Shown: positions 49,501 to 64,000 of the stretch, one piece after another
Numbering within the stretch: position 1 is the stretch's first letter
Layout of the letters: each line of letters starts with the position of its first letter
DNA from: Ginglymostoma cirratum
Lineage: Eukaryota
Direction: 5' to 3'
Assembly (NCBI GenBank): GCA_024137785.1
Contig: JAHRHZ010000035.1
Coordinates: forward strand, 15,402,856-15,466,855
DNA length: 64,000 nucleotides
Notes under the pieces: model-generated
The model's input: only the letters and a program-made list of their open reading frames with translations
What the model was told of the DNA's origin: nothing
Databases searched by the model: none
Position numbers and translations under genes: made by a program

Positions 49501-52500
49501 ACACTGCTCAAGGCTGCTGCACCACTCAATTTACTGCAGAGGAAAAAGATTTGAATTCATATTTAAAATATTTAATTGAAACATGATACATATACCCCTA
49601 AAGTTACAGTGCAATTAGCAGATAAAATTGATACTTCTTTCTCATTTCTACTATGGGCAAGGTTTCATTTTATGTGAACAGACTTAACCCTTTGTTTCCT
49701 AACAGTATCCCTCGTGGCTTCCCCAAGTTCTAAAATCTCATTGCAGCCAATATTACTACAAAGTCACATGTTGCTCAATTTCAATTAGTAATAAACAAGT
49801 AAGATTAGGAAGCTACAAAATCCCATACAAACACCAAGGAAATAATCTACAACCATTCAGGGAATAGCACAATGACTGAAGAGAATTGCTGAGGAAATTT
49901 TGGTGTCATTTTACATTCAAAGACAAATGCATTCAGTATAAAAGTAAAGAACCACAAGCACCAACTATATGCATTTCAGTTTCCATATGCACTTACACTT
50001 TAAAACAGAGGAAAGGGTACAGTGAAAATGTTCTCCATTTTAGAATGCCAAAACACCATAATGCATCAATGTTGCAGGGACTGCAAGCCAGACATAACTG
50101 TTACATCACAATTATAAATAATTTAATTATCACTTATTGAAAATAGTGAAGCAAGTTTAAAATTCATACACACTTCTTTGGTCTGAAACTCTCCCAGTTA
50201 AGATTCTTTCTAATCATCACACCACTAATACAACTAAATATGGAAAATGTCAATTTGTGAAATTCTTTTGACAACATACCAATCCTCATAAACGTACCTT
50301 AAAGGAAACAACAATAAACTGCCAAAATTTTATGCATTTCCTCTCAAATACTTACATCTATTCATTGCTTTTTGAGAATTACAACACTAAGTAGACAGTC
50401 AAATGTTAAATGGTGGTTTGAGATATGCAAAACATGCTATCCTACATCTATTGTTGCAGGGCATCCACAAAAATCCAAAAACCAAGATTAAAAATTGCTT
50501 CCCAATGAAAAAAAATAAATGCCAGTAGGCTACTGCAATACAAATTTATGAAAAACACAAACCAATAGACGGTGTAGTATACAATCAATATCCAAGATCT
50601 TTCCTTTCATAAAATCACTAGTGTTTACATGAGATTCAAAGAATTGTGAGCAAATGCTAAGCTTCCCAACAGGGTTCAATTCATTGAAGTGAGCATGCTC
50701 AAAGACGACAGTTAAAGTACAGTATTTGAAAATTCAGCTCTATGGATACTAGTTGCATGCAGACAAGATCAACAATTTTCCATTGATTTAGTTATGACTA
50801 CATTTAAGGATAAAATTTATTTCGCACAAGTTACAGTTTTGGTAAACCACACTTCAAGAAGGATATAAAATTACTCCAATGGATTGCATCATATACTCTA
50901 TACAAATATACACACAAATGTATGAAATAGCAATCTCCAGATTCAAGGTAAGTTTTAGCATCTATTCAAATGACTCTTGCCGGTACCCTGAGCATAGCTT
51001 TACACAAACAATATTTGGTTCTTCCTACTTACTTTGTTGCACTGATATCAAGCAGTTTGGAATTGTGTGACTTAAGCAAAATACTGTAGTATGTGTTGGG
51101 TCAATATGAATTGAAAATATGCAAAATCCTACGTCAGTATTTTGTAACCCAAAATGGAGCTGAACACAATTACTTCAAAATGTATTTTAAATTCTCATTC
51201 TCTTGGTTGTGGAGGATGCAAATATTAAAAAGAGGGATGCTATGGCAGACAGGCAAACAAACAAACAAACAAGTCTCCATCAAAATCTAAGATTCTTTTA
51301 AATGTACTAGAATTTGTATGATCTATGAATCAACAAAGACTTCAAACCAACTTTCAATCTGAATACTGTGGATCAAGGGTAAAATCATGTTGTTGACTAC
51401 AACACTGGCTCAAGTACATTAAAACTAGGCATATCATACTGATACTAAATGCTTCACTGAAATTCCAACTTATTACACTATTTTTGTATGAGACTTGATA
51501 AATTCCTCAGACATTGGAGAGGGGAATCTGGATAATTTTGCAAGTTTACTTCAAGAATGGAGGTGGCAATCTACAAAAGGAGTCAAAATGACAACTCAAT
51601 TTCAATCCAATAGTCAACCTTATAATGAGTAATAGGTGACAATGACTTATACAAATTTGTATCAAACTTATTTGGACCACAATTTGACATTGCGACAAAA
51701 TATTGTGCACAATCCTATTTTGCGAAATAATTTAATCACACTACCAATGCTTCCATTATGTCTAGAATGAAGACATTAAAAAGTATTTTTGTATATTGCT
51801 TACAATTCCGGTCAATGAGCTTAAAATTGCAATTAAAACGTAGAATTGCAAAGAAAAATACAACACCTTGCTTTACATTTCAATTCCCTGGCAACAATAA
51901 CATTTTGGAGGACTATAGAAGCATGCCCGTACTGCAATACACCCTAATACAAAATTAGAATTCTAAACTATTCCAAGTTTAGAATTCCATATAATTTACT
52001 GTAGAGTTTCTAGTTTTAAAACAAGTAAGGTGTAATTTTGTCATATATTACTTCAAGGGTCAAGACAAACTCAATTGTGAGACTTTTGATTACAAGATCT
52101 GATTCAAGGCATCTTAAGATAGGGTGTATAATTGGAACAAAATAACCATGAGCATTTGGGTGGGTAATACCACCAAGATTAATTGCTCTCGAGGTGCACA
52201 TTGTGCAACAAAATTTCTTCTGAGCAACTATCATCTGATGTACAAAGTTTTACAATGATACATGGTCTACAATACAATTGTCAGCACCAACTGGAAAAAT
52301 AAATCACCATATTACCGATATTTTCCAATACACTGTTTTTCCCTTCATTTCCAAATTTTCCTCATATTTCAAGGACTTAGGAAAACAAAACAAATCCTAG
52401 ACTTAATGGTTCCATTTCATAACAACTTTCACAATAGGTTAATATTGACCAGATTCAAAAGATCTGCCACCACGATTTCACAAAGGAAGCAAAGTGGGGT

Positions 52501-52829
52501 CCTCCAGTCAATTTTCTCTTTAAGATGCACAAATTGGGGCCACAGCAATTTTGAAGAAATTGAGGACACTGCAACAAATATGTCACACACAGAAGTAATT
52601 TTTGGTGTTTGGGGGGGGGGGTAGAAGAGAGCAGGGTGGCCACCAAAGAATGGTTTTCCTTCCTGCTCTCAAAACTTCAGTAGGATATTGCTTCAGCTAC
52701 TGCAAAATGCCCCACAATGCACACACTGAATCACTTAGCCAGTCTTAAAGCTGAGGCAACTGTAAGTGATCATTACGATTGGACAAAGGCAAAATGCCCC
52801 AAAGATTTAACATACTTCTAAAGTCAGTT

Positions 52830-53900
52830 ATCAAGCCTCAACAAAACTGGAGTCCATGGAAATCAGGGAGAACATTTTCCACTGACTGGAGCCATACATA
52901 AAAAGATATTTTGTTGCAGGTCATCATCTCAACATTTCAGCAGGAGTTCCTCAAGGTAGTGTGCAAGGCCTAACCATGAACCAGCTGCTTCATCAAATAA
53001 CCTTCTTTCCACCATAACATCAGAGGTGTGGATGATCGCTTATGATTGGACAATATTCGGCAACATTCCCAACTCCTCAGATAATGTAGTCCATGCCCAT
53101 ACACAGTAACTCCTGGACAACATTCAGTTTGGGTTAATAAATGGCAAGCAACATCTGTGTCATGAAAGGAAATAACCATCTCCAACAAAAAAGAACTGAA
53201 CCATCTGCCTCTGACATTCAATGGTATTTCCATCACTGACTTCCATCCCCCAATTCCTGCAGGTTACCATTGGCTAGAAATTAAACTGGATGAGCTATAT
53301 AAATACTGTGGCTACAAGAGTAAGTCTAGGCAACCTGCAGCAAGTAACTCACTTTCTGACTCCTCAAATCGTCTCCACCAAGTACAAGCGCAAGTCAAAA
53401 GTGCAATGGAATAAGTCCCCCAAACTTGCCTAAATGAATGCAACTCCAGCAACACGCAAGACGTCTGACACTCACTAGGACAATATAACCCACTTGGATG
53501 GCACCCCCTTACTTTCAACATTCATCCCTCCTCCATCGCCACACAGCGATAGTATGTACCACCTACTAGATGCATGCAACAACTCAGCAAGACTCGTTAA
53601 ACGGCTTCTTCCAAACCAACCACCACTGTCATCTCGAAAGGCAAAGGCAGCAAATGCATGGAAGCACCAACACCTGCAAGGTTCTCCCCCAGTTCACATC
53701 CATACTGGCTCGGGACTATAACAGCATACCTTTATTGCCGCAGGGTCAAAATCCTGGAACTCCCTTCCTAACTCCCACCCCTTTGTGGGAGAACTGCAGA
53801 CATTCACGAAGACAGCTCATCACCAACTTCTCAAGGGTAATGAGGGATGGGCAATCAATGCTAAGCTAGCCACTGACAGTACATGCCCTGAATAAATATT
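52830..53900 (+). mobile_element. Family B CR1/L2-group LINE, 3' 1.1 kb
   Basis: ggagttcctcaaggtagtgtg encodes GVPQGSV; ends gggatgggcaatcaatgct...cctgaataaat. Confidence 0.85.
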
Positions 53901-54576
53901 TTTTTTAAAAATCACAATTTCAAAACAGTACTCATTTACAAGTGACCAGTTTTTAAAAGGACAAAAGAAGACTGAAAATCTCTCCCAAAGATATACCAGG
54001 ACTTTATCTCCAGTTCATGTGAACTGTGGAATAATGCGATTCAAAATAACTTATCCCACTTCTTTCTACAAATGGCAATTTAACAGTTGAGATAAATCCA
54101 GCTGACCCACTGGCATATATAATCTCGGTGCAAATGCTCTCAAAACAGTTTAAAATATTCTAACCACAAATAAACTAAATTTTCAAAGTCAAAACCTCTG
54201 GCCTTGGTAATAGTGCAGTACAAAAACAAGCCCAAAATTAAAAATACTATTCAATTTCACATCACTCAGCAACAACAAATATATATTAATAATGGTCAAT
54301 GTTTATGACCATAATGAAGACATTAGGAGCTGTTGGCTTTAAAGGCTTTTTTTTTCTTGAAAAATACATTCATTGCAGTGGGTTCGGCAACATCCATCAC
54401 TCCTTAGACACTGAACCAATTTGTGCCAGCAATTAATATTCAAATCCACAAATATGCCTAGCATTAACAATCTCCAACAAGTGAGAATCATTGGTCAACA
54501 GCATCACTATCATGGAATCTCCCAGTATCAATGTCTTGATCCTATCCACCACTCCGACCTGGCTCAGACTTATTTA

Positions 54577-54875
54577 TGGGGCAGCACAGTGGTTAGCACT
54601 GCTGCCTCACAGCACCAGGGACCTGCGTTCAATTCCAGCCTTGGGTAACTGTCTGTGTGGAGTTTGCACATTCTCCCCGTGTCTGCGTGGGTTTCCTCCG
54701 GATGCTCCAGATTCCTCCAAAGATGTCCAGGTTAGGTGGATGCTAAATTGCTCATATTGTCTAGAGTGGGATGTGCAGGGATGGGGTAGGGAGTGAGTCT
54801 GGATGGGATGCTCTTCAGAGGGTCGGTGTGGACTTAATGGGTCAAATGGCCTGCTTCCACGCTGTAGGGATTCTG
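54577..54875 (+). mobile_element. HE1-type V-SINE
   Basis: gcacagtggttagcactgctgcctcacagc...ggagtttgcacattctccccgtgtctgcgtgggtttcctccgg; CR1-like tail. Confidence 0.92.
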
Positions 54876-54999
54876 CGATAATCAGCAACTCAAATGAACC
54901 AGCCATATAAATAATGTGTCTACAAGAACAAGTCACAACTTGGAAATTCTGCAGTAAGTAACCAAACACTGAATCCCCAAATCCTATCCACTTTCCACA

Positions 55000-55480
55000 T
55001 AACCAAAGTCTTGAGTGTGATGGAATGCTCTGCAATAGTCTAGATGACTGCAGCCTGAACACTGAACAATCTTGACACAGTTCAAGGTAAAGCTGCCTCC
55101 TTGAAACGCACCCCATTCAACTCCTTAAAGAGTCACTTTCTTCACTACTAGTGCACAGTGGCAGCAGTGCATGCAAACTCACCAAGCCTCCTTAGACAGC
55201 ACCTTCCAAATGTGAAATCTTCCGGGAAGACCAGGGCAACAGACACCTAACAAAAACAAAGTGTGTCCAAACACACACTATCCACGCTTAGAGCTGGAGT
55301 TATTCCTTCAACTATTGGTGAAAAACCTGAAATTCCCTTCTAAACAATATTGTCAGTGTAACTAAACCAACAGGACCGCAGTGGTTCAACATCATTTTCT
55401 AAAATGCAATAAGGGATTAGCAATAAACACTAACCTTGCCAACAACACTCATAACCCACGAGCAAATGATTAAAAAAAAA
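55000..55480 (+). mobile_element. Family B LINE 3' fragment
   Basis: ccaaagtcttgagtgtgatggaat...gacagcaccttccaaa...gggattagcaataaac. Confidence 0.7.
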
Positions 55481-55866
55481 CTGAAGAGGAAAGAAATTTG
55501 CATTTTATTAAGCTAAGAATTTTAGTTTAATCCATTGTACCATGCTCACTCATGCTTAGCGATCACAAGAACCATTCAATTTTGCTACAATTCACAAAAC
55601 AAAAAGCTTCAAGTTTGATTTCTGATGTATGATGAAATTGTTACAACTGAGGCAGTAAGACAAGTGGCCTCACATTCTCAAGCTTAGCAAAACGAACACT
55701 AATAATTTCCTTGCACCTAACGTTTGTCCAGTGATGTGTCTTGGAAAGCACACGTGGAGTCCACATAAGAGTGAACAAAAATGTTGCATAAAGCAGTCAA
55801 CCAGTCCATTGATGAATAGTCAATACAAGTAGCCTAAAATGAAAAATGGACAAGTAAATCACGATT

Positions 55867-56110
55867 TCAACTGGAAGGAGTGTTTGGGGCCTTTGAGAAG
55901 GGGAGTAGGTAAAAAGGGCAAGTGTCACATTTCCTGCACTTAAATGAAAAGGAACTATGGGAAGGAAAGTGGACTAGGGTATTAGCAGCAATCCCTTCAT
56001 AATGTTGCAAAGGAAGTGGAGGGGAGAGTGCCATTGGTTGGAGAATCACTGAACGTGTGGAAATGATGGAGAATCATCGATTGACTACTGAGGTTGGAGG
56101 GAAGTTTGGG
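55867..56110 (-). mobile_element. Penelope-like ORF fragment (Cys-rich linker before GIY-YIG)
   Basis: CRKCDTCPF and ILHHFH remnants in ORFs 55867 and 55997. Confidence 0.6.
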
Positions 56111-56489
56111 CAATGGTGCATTACTGAATGCCAAGACAAGTAAATCTTTTGTCAGAAATGGTTGTTTACTGGTACATGTAGCACAAATGTCAGCTACCAC
56201 ATCAGTGAAGACAATACTGCCCTGGTCTTTCTGCACAGGTTGCAGACTGCTTCATTATTGGGCCTTTTGGATGGACGGTTCACTAATGAAACAGCTAAAG
56301 ATAGATGACTTAGATTGCTGGCTGAGTTAAGTGGTCTCTGACAACTTTCATTTGTAACAGCTATTAACTCCAATTACCAGCAAATATTGCATGTCGATCT
56401 TAAGGAATCGGTTTTACTGAAGATATTTGATATCATCTTCAGTTTAATGCTGCATTCATGCGAAGGATAATCACTCTGACCTCATATCT

Positions 56490-59400
56490 TTATTCAGTTT
56501 ATGCCCACCATATCTGGACCAATTATATTTTGGGCTGGTGCAATGTGCTCCTGGGAGAACCCAAACTGACCAGTGGTTACTTGGTTATTAGGGAGTAAGT
56601 GCCACTTATTCCACACTCAACAGTTCAGAGGAGTCAGTAACTGGCCAGGATACATTTATACTGATTTTTGTGAACAGGATGTTTGAAGGATTGATCATAT
56701 CTGATTTATCTAATTAACCTATTTGAGCAGTACACCAACATGAAAGACTGGGGAATGACATCTATAGGCATTGTATATATGGAGTTCCAGATGGCATTTG
56801 TCTAAGAAGCTTTGGTGAATTTCTGCAGTGCATCTGAATGTGGTGCCAATCGAGCGGGCTGCCTTGCCTTGGATGGTGTCAAGCTTCTTGTGACTGGAGT
56901 TGCACTCGTTCAGGCAAGTTTGGGGATAGGATGAGAATTCCATCAGACTCCTGATATTTGCCTTGTAAAAGGTGAAAAGGCATTAAGGTGAAAGGAGGCA
57001 AGTTACTCACCACAGAATTCCTAACCTCTGACTTGCTCGTTACCATAATATTTATGAGGCTCAAACAGTTCAGCTCTTGGATAACAGCATCTTGTTGATA
57101 ACTGGGGGATTATAGCAATAGTAATGCCATCAGATATCAAGGGAATGTTATTGTCTGGCACTTGTCCAAAAGTTACTTGCCACTTTTGAGCACAAATTTG
57201 GATATTGTTCAGATCTTAATACATTTGGACATGGACTGCTTTGCTATCTGAGAAGCTGTGAATGCTGATCATTGTACAATCATCAGTTGACATCCCCACT
57301 TCTGACCTTATAATGGATGGAAGATCATTGATGAAGCAGATGAAAATGGTTAAGCCCTAGGACACCACCCCAAGGAACTCCTGCAGACATGTCCTGGAGC
57401 TAAGGCGACTGACCTCCAACAACCACAACCATCTTCCTTCATTGCTTAAACCAGCAGTGTGCTTTCCACTTTATTCCCACTGATTTCAGCTTTGCTAGAG
57501 CTCCTTGATACCACACTCAGTCAAATACATTGTCAAGAAAAATCACTCACCTCACTTCTGGAGTTCAGCTCTTTTGTCCATCTTTAAATAAAAGCTGTAA
57601 TGAGGTCAGGAGATCAGTGTATCTGATGGAATCCAAACTGGGGAGGCAGCGGTTCAGTGGTATTATCGCAAGACAATTAATTCAGAGAATCAGGTAATGT
57701 TCTGAGAACCCAGGTTTGAATCCCACCATGGCAGATGGTGGAATTTGAATTCAATTTAAAGATAATTAAGAATCTACTGATGATCATGAAACCATTGCTG
57801 ATTGTCAGAAAAACCCTTCTAGCTCACTAGTGTCCTTCAGGGAAGGAAATCAGCCATCCTCACCTAGTCTGGCCCACGTGACTCCAGAGCTACAGCAATG
57901 AGGTAGTGTTTCAACTACCCACTGAAATGACCAAGCAAGCTATTCAGATCAAAGGAAGCTAGGGATGAGCAATAAATGGTAGCCAGCCAGTGGTGCCCAT
58001 GTCTAACAGAATTTTAAAATGGAAAAGTTTCAGCGAGCAGATTGTTGCTAAGCATGAACATTGCACTTTTGATAACCACTTCAACCACTTTACTGATTAT
58101 CAAGAGCAGACCAACAAGCCAGTAATTAGCTGGACTGGATTGTCGTACCTTTTGCATAACAGTCTATTTTCCATTTGTCAGATAGACGTCACTGTCATAA
58201 GTGAAGTGAAACAGTTTGACTAGGGATATCGTAAGATTTGGGGACAAGTCTTTAGTACTATTACTGAAGTGTTGTCAGGGCTTATATTCTTTGCAGTATC
58301 CAGTGTCTGCAATCAACAGTCTCTCTAGACTGCACAGTTACACAGCAGGTCCAAAATGTGTGGACTCTGTTCCTAGCACTGACTTTGGAAAGCGCTGCTA
58401 GCATGAGCCTCAGGAGGTTAATACAGAAGGGGGAAAAAAAACAGGAACACAGCCTACAGTCAGTTCTTGATATCATGTGGACTGAATCAAAATGGCTTGA
58501 AGGCTGACACCTGTGATGCTGGCAACTTCTGGAGAGGCCGAAATGCAACATCTATTCAACACCTCTGGATGAACATTGATGAAAATCTTCAGCCTTGTCT
58601 TTGCACTGATGTGCTGGGACCCCCATCATTGACGAATGGGTGTATTTGTGGAGACTCCTCCTCCAGTGAGTAGCTTAATTATCCACCAGCACTGACAACT
58701 GCATGTTGTAGGACTGCAAAGCTGAGGCCTAATCCAATAGTTATGAAATCCCTCACCCCACCTATTACTTGTTGCTTATGCGACTCCTGACATGATGTCC
58801 CATACGCTTCGTTAAACGAGGGTTGATCCCCTGCCTTGACAGCAAAGGCAGGGTGGAGTATTTGCCAGACCATGAGGTTGTTGACTGCATTGGAGTACAA
58901 ATATGCTACTGATGATTGTGCACAATGTCTCTCATATGCCCAGTCTTAAGTTGCTGCATGAGTTCAAAGTCTATCTCATTTAGCAAGGTGGTAATACACA
59001 CAAGAGAAAATATCTTCCGTGTGAAGACAGAGGTTAACACCCAATGACTGTGCAGTGGTCACTCTACTGATACTGTCACAGAGAGATGCAACAGGGGCAG
59101 GCAGATTGGGGACAATGATCTCAAGTACGTTTTTTTCCCTTTTAATGTTTCCTTCAATCACCTACCACAGACCAGGTCTAGCAGCTGCATTTTTTCAGGC
59201 TCAACCAGCTCAGTCAGTGGTGGTGAAGCCAAACAATTCTTGGTGATGGACAGTGAAGTTCCCCACCCAGATACATTCTGCACCATTCCACTCTTAGTAC
59301 TTACTCCAAATAGTGTTCAAAATAAAATGGAGGAGTACTGAGTCATCAGCCAAAGAGATGCAGTAAATGGTAGTCAGTTGGAGGTTTCCTTGCCTCGATT

Positions 59401-59630
59401 TGACATCAGGGTCCAGAGTCAAGGTTGAGGAATCCTAGGCTAAATTCCTCCTCACTTTCTACCACTGTGTAGTAACCTCTTCTGGGCGTGTCCTGCTGGT
59501 GAGACAGGACATTCCCAGGGATAATGATGGCGTTATCTGACGCATGAACTGTGAGATTTGAATTTGAGAGTATGACTAACAGATCTCCCATTTTTGGGAT
59601 TAGCCCCCAGATGTTAATAAGGAAGCCTTT
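56490..59630 (-). mobile_element. Family B CR1/L2-group LINE, long decayed and partly rearranged copy (endonuclease to RT)
   Basis: ORF 59406..59648 NIWGLIPK...IPGNVLSHQQD (APE domain); gaggaactcctgcaga-like antisense GVP motif at about 57375; homology to 52830-53900. Confidence 0.8.
57641..58015 (+). mobile_element. tRNA-derived Meta-domain SINE nested in the family B LINE
   Basis: A and B boxes (cagtggt, ggtttgaatcc); central tcactagtgtccttcagggaaggaaatcagccatcctcacctagtctggcc; tail agggatgagcaataaat. Confidence 0.82.
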
Positions 59631-62600
59631 GCAGGACACAGCAACCATACCACTACGCTGCCTCCTCCACAGATTTTTAGCTCCAGTTGGGGCAGGGAGC
59701 TGGGGGACAGAGTGTTGTTCTGAAATATAACACGCTTCAGTTTAATAGAGCCTTCAACATCTTTCAACTTGAGTGTTATGTTCTGTTTTGGGCCTCGCTG
59801 CAAGAGGCATATATTAGTTTTGGAGGGAGTAACTTTTACACGGTGTATGCTTAAGGCCTGGAAAGCACTGTTGAATGGTGAGGTGGAGACGGGCTTAATT
59901 GCAGCATGCAGGGTTATCAGGGGGACTGCCAGGGAATGGGTACTCAGTGAATTATGTTGGGGAGTCAATTCTGATACAATGGGCAGAATTATCTCCTTCG
60001 GTATTTGGAATTGTGGCACTTTTGATTATCAGAATTAAACTGGTGCTTAAAAGGAAGTAGGACTCTAGAGGCTAAAGTGGAAGAATGTGTGAGGACAAGG
60101 CAAAGGGGAAGATATATCATAAGCAACTACATGGAAACTTCAACTCGGTAAGGGAAGAAATCTGTGATGTACTCATATTTGGTAGCTACAGCATAGGTGG
60201 AGAAGGCGATGGGTGTTCAGAGAAGGCGAGTTGCAGTAAAATGGAACCCAGGGTTATTCACATCCCCATGAAGATCTTAAGAGTAACAAACAATGACTGC
60301 AGAGGAAACAATATAGCTTGTTGAACTTCAACCAGATTTAGTGATTCTCATGAACTACAGCAGGAACGCAGGCACAAGTCTAACACAGTCACCCACAGGT
60401 CACCTCATTACCGAGAGCACATGTACCAATATAAGTAATACACTAACTTAAGAACATAAAAACTATGCATATATTTAAATAGTGACTGTTAAGTCCTAAA
60501 GTGATAATTTTTGAATGGAAGATAGACGCTTTTTTCCTTTGAACTCTCTTACATTCTTACAAGTATTTAAGTAGGAACATAATTTGAACTTTAATTTATC
60601 TTAGAAAACAGCTAATGCGATTATAGACCGTTATATGCAAGGGATGGAAGAAAACAGGCAACAATTTCTTTTTCAGGATATCATGACTCAAATATACAAC
60701 CGGAATTGTTTAATTTTGTCATCCACATATTGCTGCTTTTGAGACCAAATATAAAATCTACAGCATAAAATGGATTTTTAAAATCTCTTTGGCCTGGATA
60801 CCAATTGCAAGGGATGGAATACCATGAATCCACCAAATTTTACACAACATTTTTACATTTGACCAGGCACTTTTATGTTTTAAAACCACAGCAGCTACAG
60901 TGAAAAGTAAACGTATGTACCATTTCTGATGTTATCCGGAACCTCTAAAATTGGTGAACCTGAAGAAAATCCGACTTTGATATTCGAAAGTAAGTCAACG
61001 TCAACTCTAAACTGTCACTTCGTCAGTTCAGATCTAAAATCTAATTTCCAACTGAGAAAAACCCATTCTCAATCATTCTATTCCATGTATAAGTTAGTAC
61101 TAGTCCAAATGAGACCAGTCCCAAGACAATTCCCAATGTCGTGTAGGTGCACATCAGTTTAAACTGGTAACAGTATTTCAACCCCACAGGTTAATTACAA
61201 AAGGAATTGTCAAACTAGTGGAAGGCAAAACAAAAACTTTACATATTGTCTATGTATGATACCCCAATGAAATCTCAGAGCAGTGTAATAAACAAGGTTT
61301 GTATTTTGTTTCACGCAGTTCTAGCAATAGTTAATTAATTGTAGATTGACTGTTTATCTTGGATAGTATTTTCTGAGGCATTTTTACCCGGAATAAAAAA
61401 AATCAGATTCCTGGTCCTCCATCAATACTATTTATGTTAAAAGGCAGCAACTCCAAATTTCCAATCTGAAAGCAGTTTCCAATTTCCATGCTGACAGATG
61501 AAAGTACCTCTTTACCTGTACTTGTATAAATAGGGTTCTGTTTGCCTGCATGCTTGAACTTTGATGTTACTGTGCACAAGCACATAAACACAAAGAATTA
61601 AGTTCAGGTTAATTCTTAGGCCCCAAGAATATCAACTAAAATGTTACAAGTTACAGCTTCAGAGGACCAAATGCTACCTTTCACCCTCAAATTCAAAGTA
61701 ACTGATAATCGCACAAAGATTAAAAAGCTCAAAGTACAAGGTTTCTGAAGACACTTGCATTATTGCATCGGCATAACCATAATATCCCCAGTCTTGAGAT
61801 TATAATGGGCCTACAGCAAAAAAAAGGCCCTTAACCCAAGAGAATTTCACAGGGGGTATGACCTCTACTTGTATGTTCAGATTTTACATATCAGTTTAGT
61901 TTTAGTGAGATTGCTTATAACTTGCACAAGTATCAGCAATTCATGGAACTGGTGGCCATCAAATAACTAAACTTAAAAGTAAGCTTGTGGAAGGATTGGA
62001 CAAAGGGGAAAAAAATTGTTCATTTTAGTTGGAAAAAAACAAGGTTGATTTACAAAATCCTATGTTCTCTTATCTGAAGTCAACAAGGAACTGAAAATAA
62101 TTTGACTTAATATGATTCACTGAAAGAAAAATCTTGAGATGATTCCAATTTAAGCATCTGCAAAATTCACTTATTCCCTTCCTCTTTTGTGGTAGATTTC
62201 TAGAATACAGAATATGACATACTGTGAGTAATGGTACGAATATACCTATTGAAATCAGATTTATGCTTTTATTAAACCTTACTTTTAAAAATAGCTGATG
62301 TAAACACATCCCTGAATGAACTTGAGTGAATCACTTTGCTTTGAAACCAAACAAATTTTATTGAGTTAGACAAACATCCTATTTCATGTACATTCCAAGA
62401 AAAACTGGATTATAATGTTTGCAAAATAATACTTAAAGAAAATATCCTTACAATATGTTATTTTCAACATCTGGTAATGTCTTTGACCTGCAAATGGCCA
62501 GCAGACTCCTGTCAAGCATAATTCCAAATAAGCATATCTTATCCAGTATATAGCTCATCAACAGATTTCCAATGTTCAGTGAGAAAGCATGACATTATGG

Positions 62601-64000
62601 ATACAGTTTTATTCAACAGTAACCTGGCATTTTAAAATTGTCAATTAGTAAATCATCCAGGATTTTCAATATTGCGGAGTCTTTGTGCTGAAAAGTAAAT
62701 TACATGAATGCTTGGTTTAGTCAGCAATATTTCAACCATCAGATACTCTGAACTCCCAATACCAATATAAAATGTATTAGCAAGAGAAAAATGTTTTTTA
62801 ACCTAACAATGGAGCATTCAAAACTTGAAGCTCAAAAACAAAAAAAAAATCAAGGATGATTAGTCTAAGACCCATAAACCAACCAACTTCTAAATCTCGA
62901 GAAGCTTCTATGTAGAAGAATAATTTTCAACTATATCACCCCACACAGAATTATTAAATATTTCTGTAGCCTCAGAGGATCAGATTTAATGTTTTGACTA
63001 TACTCAGTTGAGTACGTCAAGAAAGTCAACCATTTTGTGGCTTTAACTGCTGGAACAGCTAGATTTTGCTACTGGATGCTAAATCAGTTGCAGAACTTCC
63101 CACTATATAACAGTACTGCAAGGTCAGCTGTTTTACTTAACATCAAATTATCACAGCAATTATATAATGAAAATAAAAACTCTGAAAATTGGAATGGAAA
63201 TCTATTTTTTTTCCCAGCAAAAGTGGAATTCAGGTCCTCACGTGTATTTCCATAAACTGATAGAAACATTGACTACAATTTCACAAGAAACATTTCAAAA
63301 TGCGATTTTCCAAGGGAGAAATACACCTAACAAAACATCCTCTCCAGAGCAGCAATCTGTATATCCATGCTATTGATTTTATCAGCCAGTCATAGATTAA
63401 AAACAAGTAACTTTTCACACAGTCCAATAAAATTCAAGTGGAATTGAAAGAAGATCAAGGTTATACTGATTAAGTATCAGAAAAAGACATTTTTAATTAA
63501 AAGTTTCACACTAAAAATAAGCTGCACCAATTGCATTGTATTGAGCATTGTAAAAAGAATCATGTTCAATAACAAGGAAAATGAAATGATTTGAGTAATC
63601 AGTTCCAACTTCATAAAAATAACCCGCAGTGAAGGACCAAAGCAATCATGAGCTCATTTGTTTTTGGGCTCCTTTGGGTTCAAATAAATAGCAAGCTCTC
63701 AAATATACTAAATGGGTAATGTATATCATTTCAAGGCTTTACATATAGACCACACTATCTAGCGCTACTACATTATTAAAAAATGATGTTCCATTCTGAT
63801 TTTCTTTAAACAATGCAATTATATCAAACGAAAATTAAGTACATGAAAGGGTTTATGTATAAAACAAAACTGGAGCAATACCTGTCCCTAAATTGCAGCT
63901 TTGCCCAAGAACACACAAAATCATAACTCCAAATTTACAAGAATATGTACATATATTTTATTTTCATGCATTTCCAACTATACAAGATGCTATATAACCA

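Noticed and set aside
54607-55116. 169-aa minus-strand ORF
   Set aside because: Runs through an HE1 SINE and a LINE fragment.
60958-61000. ctgaaga...cgaaa hammerhead-like spacing in a small CpG cluster
   Set aside because: Stem II is poor and I could not build stems I and III.

Overview
Eukaryotic, AT-rich, repeat-dense vertebrate DNA. The repeat complement (HE1-type V-SINEs, CR1/HER1 LINEs, Penelope-like elements) points to an elasmobranch, probably a shark. The whole window lies inside one minus-strand gene, EHMT1 (GLP/KMT1D, an H3K9 mono/dimethyltransferase). I read 15 consecutive GT-AG coding exons (40242 down to 771, equivalent to human exons 2-16) that splice into one uninterrupted 2526-nt (842-codon) frame. 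It covers the N-terminal region with the ARKT automethylation motif, the acidic region, the Cys-rich zinc-binding region and the first ankyrin repeats. Exon 1, the remaining ankyrin repeats and the pre-SET/SET exons lie outside the window; 40243-64000 appears to be intron 1. Nearly all other ORFs in the track are transposon debris or chance. I found no new multi-gene system. The best leads are: (1) a frame-preserving 144-nt candidate exon or alternative first exon in intron 3; (2) an intact minimal hammerhead ribozyme motif in a Penelope-like element; (3) an exon 9 that looks more like G9a exon 10 than human GLP; (4) an unidentified ~0.6-kb repeat present in two introns; (5) a CR1 with an internal inversion. 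Comparisons with human proteins and repeat consensi are from memory, not database searches, and repeat boundaries are approximate.
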